Shown here one piece after another: positions 7,796 through 17,401 of a stretch of DNA of 64,000 nt. The notes beneath the pieces were generated by a model, which saw only the letters and a program-made list of their open reading frames with translations, had not been told where the DNA came from and did not search any database. A program made the position numbers and the translations under genes. This DNA comes from Clostridia bacterium. Lineage in GTDB: Bacteria; Bacillota; Clostridia; Saccharofermentanales; UBA5734. Numbering within the stretch: the first letter of the stretch is position 1; each line of letters begins with the position of its first letter. The stretch is from assembly GCA_040772725.1 (NCBI GenBank), contig JAXGXR010000002.1, positions 411,570 to 475,569 of the forward strand, in the 5' to 3' direction.

Positions 7796-10048
7796 ATGAA
7801 TCCGCAAAAGACCAGGAATCCAGTAAACACCTCATCCAGCAGGCCGGCGCAGGCTTACAGAATCGACCATCTCGGCTGTGCCAACTGTGCTGTGAAAATG
7901 GACCATGCGATCAATAGCCTGCCGGGGGTTGAATTCGCGAGCATCCACTTCGCCACCGCTTCGATGCACGTGCGCTTTACAGACGGCGCTTCGGTGGATG
8001 AATTGACAGACCGCATTGATCAGGTGATCCGCAGCATTGAGCCGGACGCCCGACTGGTCCAGCCGCCGGCGGAAAAACCTTCTGAGGCAGTCGTTGCATC
8101 GACAGAGTCAGTCGGCTTTCAGGAACGGATCAAAGACGCGATCGGCGATTTTCGAGAAGCAGTGCCAATGGCAAAACGGTGGCGTCTGGCGTTTGGTGTG
8201 GTCCTCTTCGTTTTGGCGATCCTGGTCAGACAATTCCGACAGGACCCGGCGTGGCTGGAATTGTCCATTTTTGTAGCCGCTTATGGACTATTGGGATTTG
8301 ATGTGCTTCGCGCTGCCGTTCGCCGGGTGAATGTGAATCAGCTGTTTGACGAGCACTTCCTCATGGCGATTGCCACGCTCGGTGCTTTCGCGATCGGTGA
8401 GTATCCGGAGGCCGTCGCGGTCATGCTCTTCTACCAGATGGGTGAGATCCTCCAGGACATCACGGTCGACCGCTCCCGCAAGGCGCTTGGCGCACTCGCG
8501 GCGATCCGTCCGGATGTCGCGCATGTTCAGAAGGGAAGCGGTATCGAGGATGTTTCACCGGAGCATGTGGCGACCGGGCAGACAATCTTGATCCGGCCGG
8601 GCGAGCGCGTGCCGCTGGACGCGACCGTGATTGACGGGCGATCCAGCCTGGATACGGCAGCGCTGACCGGAGAGCCTGTTCCCATGGAAACCTTCCCCGG
8701 AGAGGAAATCCTGGCGGGGTATGTCAATGGCGCTGGCCTGTTGAAGGCAGTCGTCGTGCGCGCCTTTGAGCAGTCGGCTTTCAGCCGGATCCTGGAACAG
8801 ACGCATCAGGCCAGGGCCAGAAAAGCACCGGCCGAGAAGTTCATCACCCGCTTTGCCGCGGTCTACACGCCCCTGATGGTTGTCTTGGCTGTGCTCATCG
8901 CGTTTGTACCGCCGTTGCTTTTTAACCAGTCCCTTCGCGAATGGGGGTACCGCGCGCTAATCCTTCTGGTGATTTCATGTCCCTGCGCGCTCATGCTCTC
9001 GATTCCGCTGGGCTATTTCGGTGGAATCGGTGCCGCGTCAAGTCGAGGCATCCTGGTCAAGGGCGGTCATTATCTGGAAAAACTGGCCATCGCGGACCAG
9101 GTGGTTTTTGATAAAACCGGCACGCTGACGGAAGGACATCTGACGCTGGAGGAAATCCTGCCGGAGCCCGGCGTCGATGCCGACCAGATCCTGGCTGTTG
9201 CCGCCCTGGCGGAAGAACACTCCGGCCATCCGGTCGCCCAGGCGGTCCGCGAAGCGGCAGACGCGCTGCTAGTACCCCCACAATCCATCGAAAGCACCGG
9301 CCCCGTGCTGTCGTACCGGGAAGAACCAGGGCATGGTGTGCTGGTTCACATGGAACACAGTCGGATCGTGTGCGGCAATGAGCGGCTGATGTCAACCGAG
9401 GGGATCCAGGTTCCTTCACATGAAGAACTTCCCGCAGGCGTGGTCCTTTATGTGGCAGTCGATGGCCGGTATCTGGGCATGCTGGTTTTAGGCGACCGAG
9501 CCCGGGCAGACGCGCGAGAAGCGCTCCATGAACTCAAGGCCCTGGGCGTGAAAAAGACGGTCGTCTTGAGTGGCGACCGTCCGGAAAATGTTCAGTCGTT
9601 GGCCGGGCTGCTGTCCATCGACGAAGCCTATGCCGGGCTGCTGCCGGGCGACAAGGTGTCGCAGTTGGAGACAATCCTTTCAAACCGGACGGCGAGTGGC
9701 AGCACCGTGTATGTGGGAGATGGTATCAACGACGCGCCGGTGCTGGCCCGGGCCGATGTCGGCATCGCGTTTGGCCGTTCCGGCACAGACGCCGCGATCG
9801 AAAGCGCGGATGTGGTGATCTTGTCCGATCGGTTGGCAAAACTGCCTGAGGCGATCCGGATCGCCCGAAAGACATCCCGCATCATCATTCAGAATGTGGT
9901 CATGGCGATTGGTTTCAAGGTCCTGGTGATGATCCTGTCCCTGTTGGGAATCGGCAACATCTGGCAGGCTGTCTTCGCCGATGTCGGCGTCGCTCTGCTC
10001 GCTGTCCTGAACAGTGTGCGGGTCATTCGCCCCATTGGACCGGTTTGA
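7796..10048 (+). CDS. heavy-metal (Cd/Zn/Co-type) translocating P1B-type ATPase
   Basis: N-terminal HMA-like domain (GCANCAVKM), a CPC motif (ISCPCALMLSIP), DKTGTLT, SGHPVAQA and GDGINDAP. AAGGAG RBS before ATG 7796. Confidence 0.92.
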   Translation: MNPQKTRNPVNTSSSRPAQAYRIDHLGCANCAVKMDHAINSLPGVEFASIHFATASMHVRFTDGASVDELTDRIDQVIRSIEPDARLVQPPAEKPSEAVVASTESVGFQERIKDAIGDFREAVPMAKRWRLAFGVVLFVLAILVRQFRQDPAWLELSIFVAAYGLLGFDVLRAAVRRVNVNQLFDEHFLMAIATLGAFAIGEYPEAVAVMLFYQMGEILQDITVDRSRKALGALAAIRPDVAHVQKGSGIEDVSPEHVATGQTILIRPGERVPLDATVIDGRSSLDTAALTGEPVPMETFPGEEILAGYVNGAGLLKAVVVRAFEQSAFSRILEQTHQARARKAPAEKFITRFAAVYTPLMVVLAVLIAFVPPLLFNQSLREWGYRALILLVISCPCALMLSIPLGYFGGIGAASSRGILVKGGHYLEKLAIADQVVFDKTGTLTEGHLTLEEILPEPGVDADQILAVAALAEEHSGHPVAQAVREAADALLVPPQSIESTGPVLSYREEPGHGVLVHMEHSRIVCGNERLMSTEGIQVPSHEELPAGVVLYVAVDGRYLGMLVLGDRARADAREALHELKALGVKKTVVLSGDRPENVQSLAGLLSIDEAYAGLLPGDKVSQLETILSNRTASGSTVYVGDGINDAPVLARADVGIAFGRSGTDAAIESADVVILSDRLAKLPEAIRIARKTSRIIIQNVVMAIGFKVLVMILSLLGIGNIWQAVFADVGVALLAVLNSVRVIRPIGPV

Positions 10049-10922
10049 CTTTTTCACCCCTCTGGGCTTTGACATAGGCTGCGGCAGCCATTCCGGCCCT
10101 TGTTCCTTCGCCGACTGCCACAGCCACCTGGAGCAGGCCACCCGTGCAGTCTCCAGCGGCATAAAGCCCATTCAAACTGGTCTTGTGCTCCGGATCGACC
10201 AGAATCACCTTGCCATCATGCTCGATGCCGATCTTGTTGGCCAGGTCAAGCGCGTTGGCGGTTCCCTCCGCGATGAAGACACCGTCGACAGTCAGCGTGT
10301 CGCCATCCGCAAAAGTCACCCCATTGACCTTGTTTTCATTACCGACCACCGCTGCCAGTTTCCGCTCGTCTACTCGGATCTTTTCATGGGTCGCGCCCGA
10401 GTAGGGACGCCCATTCGTGAGCAGGTGGATTTCGCTGGCGAAGGGCAGAAGATCGCTGGCTTCATGGTACGCATAGTCCCCGTTGCCGATGACAGCAACC
10501 ACTTTGTTGCGATAGAAAAAGCCATCGCAGACTGCACAATAGCTGACTCCGCGGCCCTCGTACTCGGCGACACCCGCGACCGAGGCCTTCTTGCGGGGCA
10601 TGCCGGTGGCGATGACAAGACTGGTGCACTCGTATGACGATTTCGCTGTGTGCACATCAAAACCCTCGTTTACCGTGACACCGGTCACTTCATCGGTGAT
10701 GACCGTGACACCGAGCCGCTCGGCTTGCTTCAATCCGTTCGCGAGCAGTTCCGGACCACTGACCGGTTCGATGAAACCGTAATAGTTTTCAATTTTCTCC
10801 GCTTTGGCCAGAGAACCTTGATCCCGTCCGATCAGCAGGACGGAAACACCCGCTCGCACAGCATAGATCGCGGCGGTTGTTCCAGCCGGTCCGTAACCAA
10901 TGACAATGGTATCGTATTTCAT
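10023..10922 (-). CDS. trxB: thioredoxin-disulfide reductase
   Basis: MKYDTIVIGYGPAGTTAAIYAVRAG FAD motif, a CAVCDG redox centre, a second GNGDYAYHEA dinucleotide fold and AAGDC. GAGGAGG RBS. The 3-prime end overlaps the ATPase gene by 26 nt (convergent). Confidence 0.85.
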   Translation of the reverse strand: MKYDTIVIGYGPAGTTAAIYAVRAGVSVLLIGRDQGSLAKAEKIENYYGFIEPVSGPELLANGLKQAERLGVTVITDEVTGVTVNEGFDVHTAKSSYECTSLVIATGMPRKKASVAGVAEYEGRGVSYCAVCDGFFYRNKVVAVIGNGDYAYHEASDLLPFASEIHLLTNGRPYSGATHEKIRVDERKLAAVVGNENKVNGVTFADGDTLTVDGVFIAEGTANALDLANKIGIEHDGKVILVDPEHKTSLNGLYAAGDCTGGLLQVAVAVGEGTRAGMAAAAYVKAQRGEKVKPVQWGE

Positions 10923-10963
10923 CAACAAAATCCTCCTCAATGAAAATTAAAAGAATCGGCAGA

Positions 10964-10990
10964 CTTGAAGTCCGCCGATTTTCTTCAGTC
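10964..10990 (-). terminator. hairpin terminator downstream of the ferredoxin-like gene
   Basis: AATCGGCAGAC-ttgaa-GTCCGCCGATT with one mismatch. On the minus strand it is followed by CTTTTAATTTTCA. Confidence 0.5.
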
Positions 10991-11099
10991 CAAATTCATT
11001 TTAACAAACCTGGCAAGTTCCTGACTGTGTCATAGATCACATTTCATCTGGGGAACTGGATAAGATCCGCACCCGATGCTGTGTGCGGAACACAATGAC

Positions 11100-11843
11100 T
11101 CAGTCAGCCAGGATCTGGCCATCAGTCCCGAGTGTGACCACCTGCCAGGGGATCATCTTGCCACTGGCCATCAAGGCCTGCCGGACTGCCATCTCCAGTC
11201 CACCGCAGCAGGGGACCTCCATCCGGACGACCTGGACGCTGCGGATAGGATTGCTGCGAAAGATTTCCGTCAGCTTGTCGATATAACTACCTGAATCCAG
11301 TTTGGGGCAACCGATCATCGTGACCTTCCCCTGCATGAAATCCTGATGAAAAGATGCTCGTGAATAAGCGGCGCAGTCGGCTGCGATCAGCAGGCGGGCA
11401 TTGTCCAGATAAGGTGCATTGACTGGGACCAGTTTAAGCTGGCAAGGCCACTGAGCTAGTTCTGACATGGTTTCTGAAGCGATGGGGGCAGCCGGTCGAA
11501 CCGATGGCGCGGGGCGGCGAGCGGCGGAAAACGACCCCTTGAGCGAACGGGACTGTGTTCCCGGACATCCACAGGCCAACAATTCAGGCTGCTTGGAGAC
11601 CGTATTTGAAGGGGCAGCCGGATGACCGTCCGGCAGTGAGAATTCGTCAGTTTCCCGCTTGATGATGGAAATGGCACCGGTTGGGCACTCCGGCAGGCAA
11701 GCGCCAAGACCGTCGCAATAGGAATCGGAAATCAGGCGGGCTTTTCCGTCCACCATGGCCAGTGCCCCCTCGTGACAGGCGCTGACACATACCCCGCAGC
11801 CGTTGCACTTATCTTCGTCAATCATGATGATGTCGCGAATCAT
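11100..11843 (-). CDS. ferredoxin-like 2x[4Fe-4S] protein with a Cys-rich C-terminal domain (frdX-like)
   Basis: CNGCGVCVSACHEG and CDGLGACLPECPTGA cluster motifs, then a C-terminal domain with WPCQLKL...IAADCAAY...IGCPKLD...MEVPCCGG. AGGAGG RBS before ATG 11843; the longer 349-aa ORF is an unsupported N-extension. Confidence 0.75.
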   Translation of the reverse strand: MIRDIIMIDEDKCNGCGVCVSACHEGALAMVDGKARLISDSYCDGLGACLPECPTGAISIIKRETDEFSLPDGHPAAPSNTVSKQPELLACGCPGTQSRSLKGSFSAARRPAPSVRPAAPIASETMSELAQWPCQLKLVPVNAPYLDNARLLIAADCAAYSRASFHQDFMQGKVTMIGCPKLDSGSYIDKLTEIFRSNPIRSVQVVRMEVPCCGGLEMAVRQALMASGKMIPWQVVTLGTDGQILAD

Positions 11844-11906
11844 TCTGTTCCTCCTGAAGGCAGCCCGATTCGTTTCATCTCGTGGAAGTATTCGAACGGC
11901 TGTTCC

Positions 11907-11935
11907 TTGTATTTTGACCCTAGTGTACTTATAAT
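11907..11935 (+). promoter_or_regulatory. sigma-A-type promoter for the Crp/Fnr gene
   Basis: TTGTAT, a 17-nt spacer, then TATAAT, 45 nt upstream of ATG 11980. Confidence 0.4.
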
Positions 11936-11979
11936 GAGGAAAAAGAATCGTAGCCCGTGCTACAAAAGGATGACTTGCC

Positions 11980-12669
11980 ATGTATGAGAAGCAACTGCCC
12001 GCATTAAGAAAGTGTGGTCTTTTCACCGGACTGACCGACCAGCAGATCCTGGACCTGATCCCCTGCTTTGGTGTCCGGATATCCCAGTACGCCCGACAGG
12101 AAACAGTGGTCATGGCCGGCGATGAGCAGACGATGTTCGGCGTGGTCATTGAAGGCCAGGTCCAGGTTCAAAAGGAGGATTATTCCGGCGATCGGCTGAT
12201 CCTTGGCATTTTCGGACCGGGTGAGGTTTTCGGGGAAGTGCCGGTTTTTTCCGGACTGACGAGCTGGCCCAACTCTGTCATCGCAACTCAGAACAGCGAA
12301 GTGATGTTCATCCCCCACCACAAGATCAGTGAGCCGTGCTGCCGGGTCTGCCATTCACACCGCCTCCTGATCGCCAACATGCTCCGGATCGTCGCGCAGA
12401 AAGCCCTTGCCATGAATGGCCGGCTCAACTACCTGAAGCTGCGTGGCATGCGCGAAAAACTGGCGGCGTTCCTTTTTGACCAGTCCCGCCTGGCCGGCAG
12501 CCATACATTCATGATCACCATGAACCGGGAACAGCTGGCTGACTATCTGAACGTGTCCCGCCCGTCCATGTCACGCGAACTCGGACGCATGCGGGATGAG
12601 GGTGTGATCGATTTCTTCCGTTCCTCTTTCACGATCAAGGACATGGGCGCGCTGCGTGGGATGCGTTGA
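11980..12669 (+). CDS. Crp/Fnr-family transcriptional regulator (HcpR-like context)
   Basis: N-terminal cNMP-binding-type beta-barrel (GEVFGEVPVF) and C-terminal HTH REQLADYLNVSRPSMSRELGRMRDEGVI. It is divergent from a ferredoxin-like gene. Confidence 0.85.
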   Translation: MYEKQLPALRKCGLFTGLTDQQILDLIPCFGVRISQYARQETVVMAGDEQTMFGVVIEGQVQVQKEDYSGDRLILGIFGPGEVFGEVPVFSGLTSWPNSVIATQNSEVMFIPHHKISEPCCRVCHSHRLLIANMLRIVAQKALAMNGRLNYLKLRGMREKLAAFLFDQSRLAGSHTFMITMNREQLADYLNVSRPSMSRELGRMRDEGVIDFFRSSFTIKDMGALRGMR

Positions 12670-12755
12670 CGACCGATTCGCTGGATTGCCTCTTCCAAAC
12701 CGAAACATCACCAATCACCGGACAGTCACCTGTCCGAAGCGCAAGGAGCGACACC

Positions 12756-13892
12756 ATGAATGACGCAAGACTGGACAAACTGGCCGACGTGCTGATGCGC
12801 CACTCGACGGCGTTGGAAAAGGGCGACTTTTTCCAGATCAGCGCGGCGTTCGCCGCTCGGCCCCTGGTGAACGCTATCTTGCGGCAGGCCGCTACGATGG
12901 GTGTCTACCCGGTGATCAACTGGCAGGACGAAGAACTGACAAGGCTTTCCTTCGCCATCCAGAATCCGTCTGAGCCGAATACAGTCCGTTTTCTGGAGAA
13001 AAAGACGGAATGGGATCTTTACCGCTGGCGTGACCTGGTGGCCAATATCGCGATCCGCGCCACCGAGAATGACCAGGAGCTCAACAACGTGGAGCCGGAG
13101 CGCCAGCAGGCGGCCGCCCGCATCAGCCGCCCGTTGAGCGATGTGATCATCAACGAGCGCCGCTGGGTGCTCTTTGATTATCCCACGCGGGCAAGCGCCC
13201 AGAAAGCCGGCATGCCCTATGAGGACTATGTTGATTTCGTGCTCGATGTCTGCCTGATCGACTATGGCCGATTGCAGCAAGCGGAGGAAAAACTGGCTTC
13301 GCGCCTGGACCGTAGCGAGCAGGTGCACATCCTCGCGCCTGGAACCGACCTGTCGTTTTCCATCAAGGACATGCCGACCGTGTGCTGCTATGGGCGCCGC
13401 AATGTGCCGGACGGTGAGGTCTACACGGCACCGATCCGCGATTCGGTCCAAGGGGTGATCACCTACAATGTGCCATCCCGTTATTTTGGCAAGACGTTCA
13501 ACGAGATCCGTTTTGAATTCAAGGACGGACGCATTGCGGCGTCCAGTTGCGATGGGGACCAGGCGCTGCTTGACAAAATCCTGGCAACCGATGAAGGCGC
13601 CTCCCATATCGGCGAGTTTTCCTTCGGTGTCAATCCGCAGATCCGCGAACCCATCGGCAATACGTTGTTTGATGAAAAAATCGGCGGCTCGATCCATCTC
13701 ACGCCCGGCAATGCCTATGCCAAGGCTGACAATGGCAACCGCTCGGCCATTCACTGGGACCTGATCCAGATCCAGCGACCGGAACATGGTGGCGGCGAGA
13801 TCTGGATCGATGGCGAACTGATCCGAAAAGACGGCCTTTTTGTGACCGAGGATCTTCTTGACCTCAATCCGGACCGTTTCCCCAGCCTGTGA
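12756..13892 (+). CDS. M29-family aminopeptidase (AmpS/PepS-like)
   Basis: HIGEFSFGVNP...GNTLFDEKIGGSIHLTPGNAY is characteristic of thermophilic-metalloprotease M29 aminopeptidases. AAGGAG RBS before ATG 12756. Confidence 0.8.
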   Translation: MNDARLDKLADVLMRHSTALEKGDFFQISAAFAARPLVNAILRQAATMGVYPVINWQDEELTRLSFAIQNPSEPNTVRFLEKKTEWDLYRWRDLVANIAIRATENDQELNNVEPERQQAAARISRPLSDVIINERRWVLFDYPTRASAQKAGMPYEDYVDFVLDVCLIDYGRLQQAEEKLASRLDRSEQVHILAPGTDLSFSIKDMPTVCCYGRRNVPDGEVYTAPIRDSVQGVITYNVPSRYFGKTFNEIRFEFKDGRIAASSCDGDQALLDKILATDEGASHIGEFSFGVNPQIREPIGNTLFDEKIGGSIHLTPGNAYAKADNGNRSAIHWDLIQIQRPEHGGGEIWIDGELIRKDGLFVTEDLLDLNPDRFPSL

Positions 13893-13961
13893 AACTTGCG
13901 AACGCCTGTCAAATAAAATAAGATTGATCCATTAAAGACCATGATTTTGGGAGGAAAAAAC

Positions 13962-15248
13962 ATGCTCGATATCAACCTGATCCGTGACAATCCGGAGTGG
14001 GTCCAGAAGCGCCTGAAAGACAAACAGTTCGATGTCGATTTCACGGATTTTTTCGAGCGGGACGCGAAGCGACGGGAGCTCATTTTCCAGACGGAACAGC
14101 TCAAAGCGGAGAAGAACCGGACTTCCGCCGCCATCCCGACGCTCAAGAAAGCCGGCCAGGACGTTTCGGAGACCATGGCCCGCATGAAGGGGATTTCCGA
14201 TCAGATCCGCCAACTCGACGCCGCTTTGTCCGAGGTTGAGAAGGCCCAGCAGGATTTCCTGGACACGCTGCCCAACCTGCCGGCCGATGATGTCATTCCC
14301 GGGGGCAAGGAAAGCAACCAGGTGGTCCGGACTTTCGGTACCGTGCCCACATTCGGCTTCGAGCCCCGCCATCATGTCGACCTGGCCGAGGGCCTTCGAC
14401 TGATTGACTACACCCGTGGCGCCAAACTGGGTGGCAGCGGCTTCTGGCTCTATCGCGGCGATGGCTCGCTGATAGAATGGGCGCTGCTCAATTATTTCAT
14501 GGAAGAGCATTTGAAAGATGGCTATGAGATGATCCTGCCGCCGCACATCCTGAACTACCAGTGCGGTTACACCGCCGGCCAGTTCCCCAAGTTCCGCGAC
14601 GATGTCTTCCAGCTTCGGCGGGACGATGGCGAGGGCTTCACGCACTTCATCCTGCCCACCGCGGAAACGGCGCTGGTCAACATGCACCGGGACGAGATCC
14701 TGGATGAGGAGAGCCTGCCGCTGAAATATTTTGCCTACACCCCTTGCTATCGCAAGGAGGCGGGCAGCTACCGGGCGGAAGAGCGGGGCATGATCCGTGG
14801 CCACCAGTTCAACAAGATCGAAATGTTCCAGTACACATTGCCGGAGCAGTCCGACGCGGCCCTCGAGGAACTGGTCGACAAGGCTGCTCGTCTGGTCGAA
14901 GGCCTGGGCCTGCACTTCCGCGTCAGCAAGCTGGCGGCCGGGGACTGCAGCGCCTCCATGCGGAAGACCTACGACATCGAGGTCTGGATCCCGAGCATGA
15001 ACGACTACAAGGAGGTCAGCTCGGCCAGCAACGCCGGGGACTACCAGGCGCGACGCGGCAACATCCGGTTCCGCAAGAAGAGCACCGGCAAACTGGCCTT
15101 CGCCCACACGCTCAACGCCTCCGGACTGGCGACCAGTCGGATCCTGCCGGCAATCCTGGAACAGTACCAGCAACCGGATGGCAGCGTCATCATCCCGGAG
15201 GTGCTGCGCAAATGGCTGGGTGGACGTGACATCATCGGGCCAATCTGA
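13962..15248 (+). CDS. serS: serine--tRNA ligase
   Basis: MLDINLIRDNPEWV start, an N-terminal coiled-coil arm and class-II motifs (FRKEAGS..., GDYQARR, TLNASGLATSRILPAILE). GGGAGG RBS. Confidence 0.95.
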   Translation: MLDINLIRDNPEWVQKRLKDKQFDVDFTDFFERDAKRRELIFQTEQLKAEKNRTSAAIPTLKKAGQDVSETMARMKGISDQIRQLDAALSEVEKAQQDFLDTLPNLPADDVIPGGKESNQVVRTFGTVPTFGFEPRHHVDLAEGLRLIDYTRGAKLGGSGFWLYRGDGSLIEWALLNYFMEEHLKDGYEMILPPHILNYQCGYTAGQFPKFRDDVFQLRRDDGEGFTHFILPTAETALVNMHRDEILDEESLPLKYFAYTPCYRKEAGSYRAEERGMIRGHQFNKIEMFQYTLPEQSDAALEELVDKAARLVEGLGLHFRVSKLAAGDCSASMRKTYDIEVWIPSMNDYKEVSSASNAGDYQARRGNIRFRKKSTGKLAFAHTLNASGLATSRILPAILEQYQQPDGSVIIPEVLRKWLGGRDIIGPI

Positions 15249-15347
15249 TCGCCCGTTTCATTGCCGGTGAAATCCGGCGCGTGATACAATGGTATAAGAC
15301 GACAGTCAATCTCCAGGGGACACATCCAGGAAAGGGGTCTTGCCATT

Positions 15348-15761
15348 ATGCTGGTCAGGAATTGCTCGGGCGGAGTCGTGTTTCACAAGGACCGCGTTCT
15401 GCTGCTCAAGAACGAGAAGCACGAATGGGTGTTCCCCAAGGGGGTCATCCGCACCGGCGACTATCCGGATGAGGTGGCGATCCAGCGGGTCGAGCTTGAG
15501 GCGGGAGTCAAGGCGAAGATCATTTCCGCAGCCGGCCGAACGAATTACGAGTTTTACTCGATTTCCCGGCAACGCCCGGTCTGCAACAAGATCGTGTGGT
15601 ATATCATGACGGCCGAGGATGAGCATGTTGCCCCGAACGAAGCGCAGAATTTCTATGAGGGTGGTTTTTTCACCTTGGAAGAAGCCATGGAGAAGGTCAC
15701 CTACAGCCAGGACAAGTCACTCCTGATGCTTTCCTACCAGAAATACAAGGAACTGGTCTGA
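15348..15761 (+). CDS. NUDIX hydrolase
   Basis: 137 aa with a Nudix-box-like segment, GVIRTGDYPDEVAIQRVELEAGV. Confidence 0.75.
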   Translation: MLVRNCSGGVVFHKDRVLLLKNEKHEWVFPKGVIRTGDYPDEVAIQRVELEAGVKAKIISAAGRTNYEFYSISRQRPVCNKIVWYIMTAEDEHVAPNEAQNFYEGGFFTLEEAMEKVTYSQDKSLLMLSYQKYKELV

Positions 15762-15769
15762 CAACGACC

Positions 15770-16426
15770 ATGGAACAGGACTTTTGCCGTCTGGCCAGTG
15801 AGGCTGGCGTCGAGCTGATCGAACAGAAATCACGATTCATAGCCAGGGGGCGGTCTGTCGAAGATGAAACGGAGGCGATCGCCTTTCTTGCGTCTGTCCG
15901 GTCCGAGTATCCGGATGCCACCCATCACGTCTATGCCTACGCGTTGTCCAAGGACTCCTTCCGGCAACGTTACTCCGATGACGGTGAGCCTTCGGGGACG
16001 GCCGGCCTGCCGGTCTTGAACGTGCTGAAGCAGCATGACCTGTCCCAGTCTGTCATCGTGGTCGTCCGGTATTTCGGTGGCACGTTGTTGGGAACAGGTG
16101 GCCTGACGAGAACATATGGCCGGGCGGCTGCGCTTCTCATCCAGAAGGCTGGTGTTGAACGGCTGATTTCATGCCGGCAGTTCGGTCTCACCGTGTCGTA
16201 TGGTGATTTCGATCCGCTCTCCCGGATGCTGACACATCTAGGGGCCAAGGTTCAAAACACCCGTTTCGGCCTTGATGTCGACCTGGTCGTCTGTGTGCCG
16301 CGGGGCCTGGAGGATGAATTTTACCGGCAAGTGACCGAACTGACCCGGGGCAGCGCGTTGATCGAGTCGGCGGGGGAAGGCTTCATTGTGCAAGCGATCG
16401 ACCCGGCGGCAGAGCCGGATTCCTGA
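15770..16426 (+). CDS. yigZ: YigZ/IMPACT-family protein
   Basis: KSRFIARG...ATHHVYAY...DDGEPSGTAGLPVLNVL is the UPF0029/IMPACT N-terminal signature. Confidence 0.85.
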   Translation: MEQDFCRLASEAGVELIEQKSRFIARGRSVEDETEAIAFLASVRSEYPDATHHVYAYALSKDSFRQRYSDDGEPSGTAGLPVLNVLKQHDLSQSVIVVVRYFGGTLLGTGGLTRTYGRAAALLIQKAGVERLISCRQFGLTVSYGDFDPLSRMLTHLGAKVQNTRFGLDVDLVVCVPRGLEDEFYRQVTELTRGSALIESAGEGFIVQAIDPAAEPDS

Positions 16427-16467
16427 GTGTCAAATCGCTGTCAGATACGCTGGAAATTGGCGAGGGA

Positions 16468-16497
16468 TTGCCAGCCATCATGACACGCCGTTATAAT
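16468..16497 (+). promoter_or_regulatory. sigma-A-type promoter upstream of yebC
   Basis: TTGCCA, an 18-nt spacer, then TATAAT. Confidence 0.4.
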
Positions 16498-16605
16498 GGG
16501 ATGTCACAAATTTTAAATATCAGCCGCTGTTTCGCAGACTCTGACCTGATGAAACGGGATATCGCCTGAAAGCGGCAAAGCACCATTTACACGAGGAGGC
16601 ACCAT

Positions 16606-17331
16606 ATGTCCGGTCATTCAAAATGGAACAACATCAAACGCAAAAAGGGTGAGGCCGACGCCCAGAAGGGGGCGGTCTTCACCAAACTCGGTCGTGAAAT
16701 CGCCGTCGCTGTCCGCCAGGGAGGTGCCGACCCGGAGTCCAACAGCCGTTTGAAGGATGTGATCGCCAAGGCCAAGTCGGCGAACATGCCCAATGACAAT
16801 ATCGCCCGCAGCATCAAAAAGGCATCGGGGGCCACCGACACCGAAAATTATGAAGAGATCATCTATGAGGGCTATGGTCCGGGCGGCGTCGCCGTCATGG
16901 TCCGTACACTGACTGACAATCGCAATCGCACGGCGGGCGATGTCCGACATCTGTTCGACAAGTTCGGCGGCAACATGGGCACGAACGGCTGTGTCAGCTT
17001 CATTTTTTCCGACAAAGGCGAGATTTTGATCGATAAAGCCGAGTACGAAGATGAAGAGGCGGTCATGCTCGATGCCCTCGAAGCCGGGGCTGAGGACTTC
17101 GCGGCGGAGGATGAGGTCTATCTGGTGACAACGGAACCCCAGGACTATCCGACCGTTCGTGACGCGCTTGAAAAAAAGGGATACTCGTTCCTCAACACCA
17201 GCCTCGGTCCGGTTCCCATCACCTATACGGAACTGACCGACCCCGACATGGTCGAAAAGATGGAAAAACTGATCGACAAGCTCGACGAGCACGACGATGT
17301 CCAGGAAGTCTTCCACAATTGGAACAACTGA
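16606..17331 (+). CDS. yebC: YebC/PmpR-family DNA-binding regulator
   Basis: MSGHSKWNNIKRKKG...YEGYGPGGVAV is the canonical YebC N-terminus. GAGGAGG RBS. Confidence 0.95.
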   Translation: MSGHSKWNNIKRKKGEADAQKGAVFTKLGREIAVAVRQGGADPESNSRLKDVIAKAKSANMPNDNIARSIKKASGATDTENYEEIIYEGYGPGGVAVMVRTLTDNRNRTAGDVRHLFDKFGGNMGTNGCVSFIFSDKGEILIDKAEYEDEEAVMLDALEAGAEDFAAEDEVYLVTTEPQDYPTVRDALEKKGYSFLNTSLGPVPITYTELTDPDMVEKMEKLIDKLDEHDDVQEVFHNWNN

Positions 17332-17401
17332 CCGCAGCTTTGGCTTTTTCAGACATACTGCAGCGCGAAAGCCGCTGCCGATGAAAACCAGAGGGAAGAT
17401 C

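Noticed and set aside
10023-10048. 26-nt convergent overlap of the P-type ATPase and trxB 3-prime ends, and 13-nt convergent overlap of tetR and panE (30990-31002).
   Set aside because: Short convergent 3-prime overlaps are common in compact genomes. No structure or motif was seen that would suggest regulated antisense interaction.
13893-13961. Expected T-box leader upstream of serS.
   Set aside because: The intergenic region is only about 70 nt and has no specifier hairpin or T-box core sequence. serS appears to be read from a simple promoter or co-transcribed.
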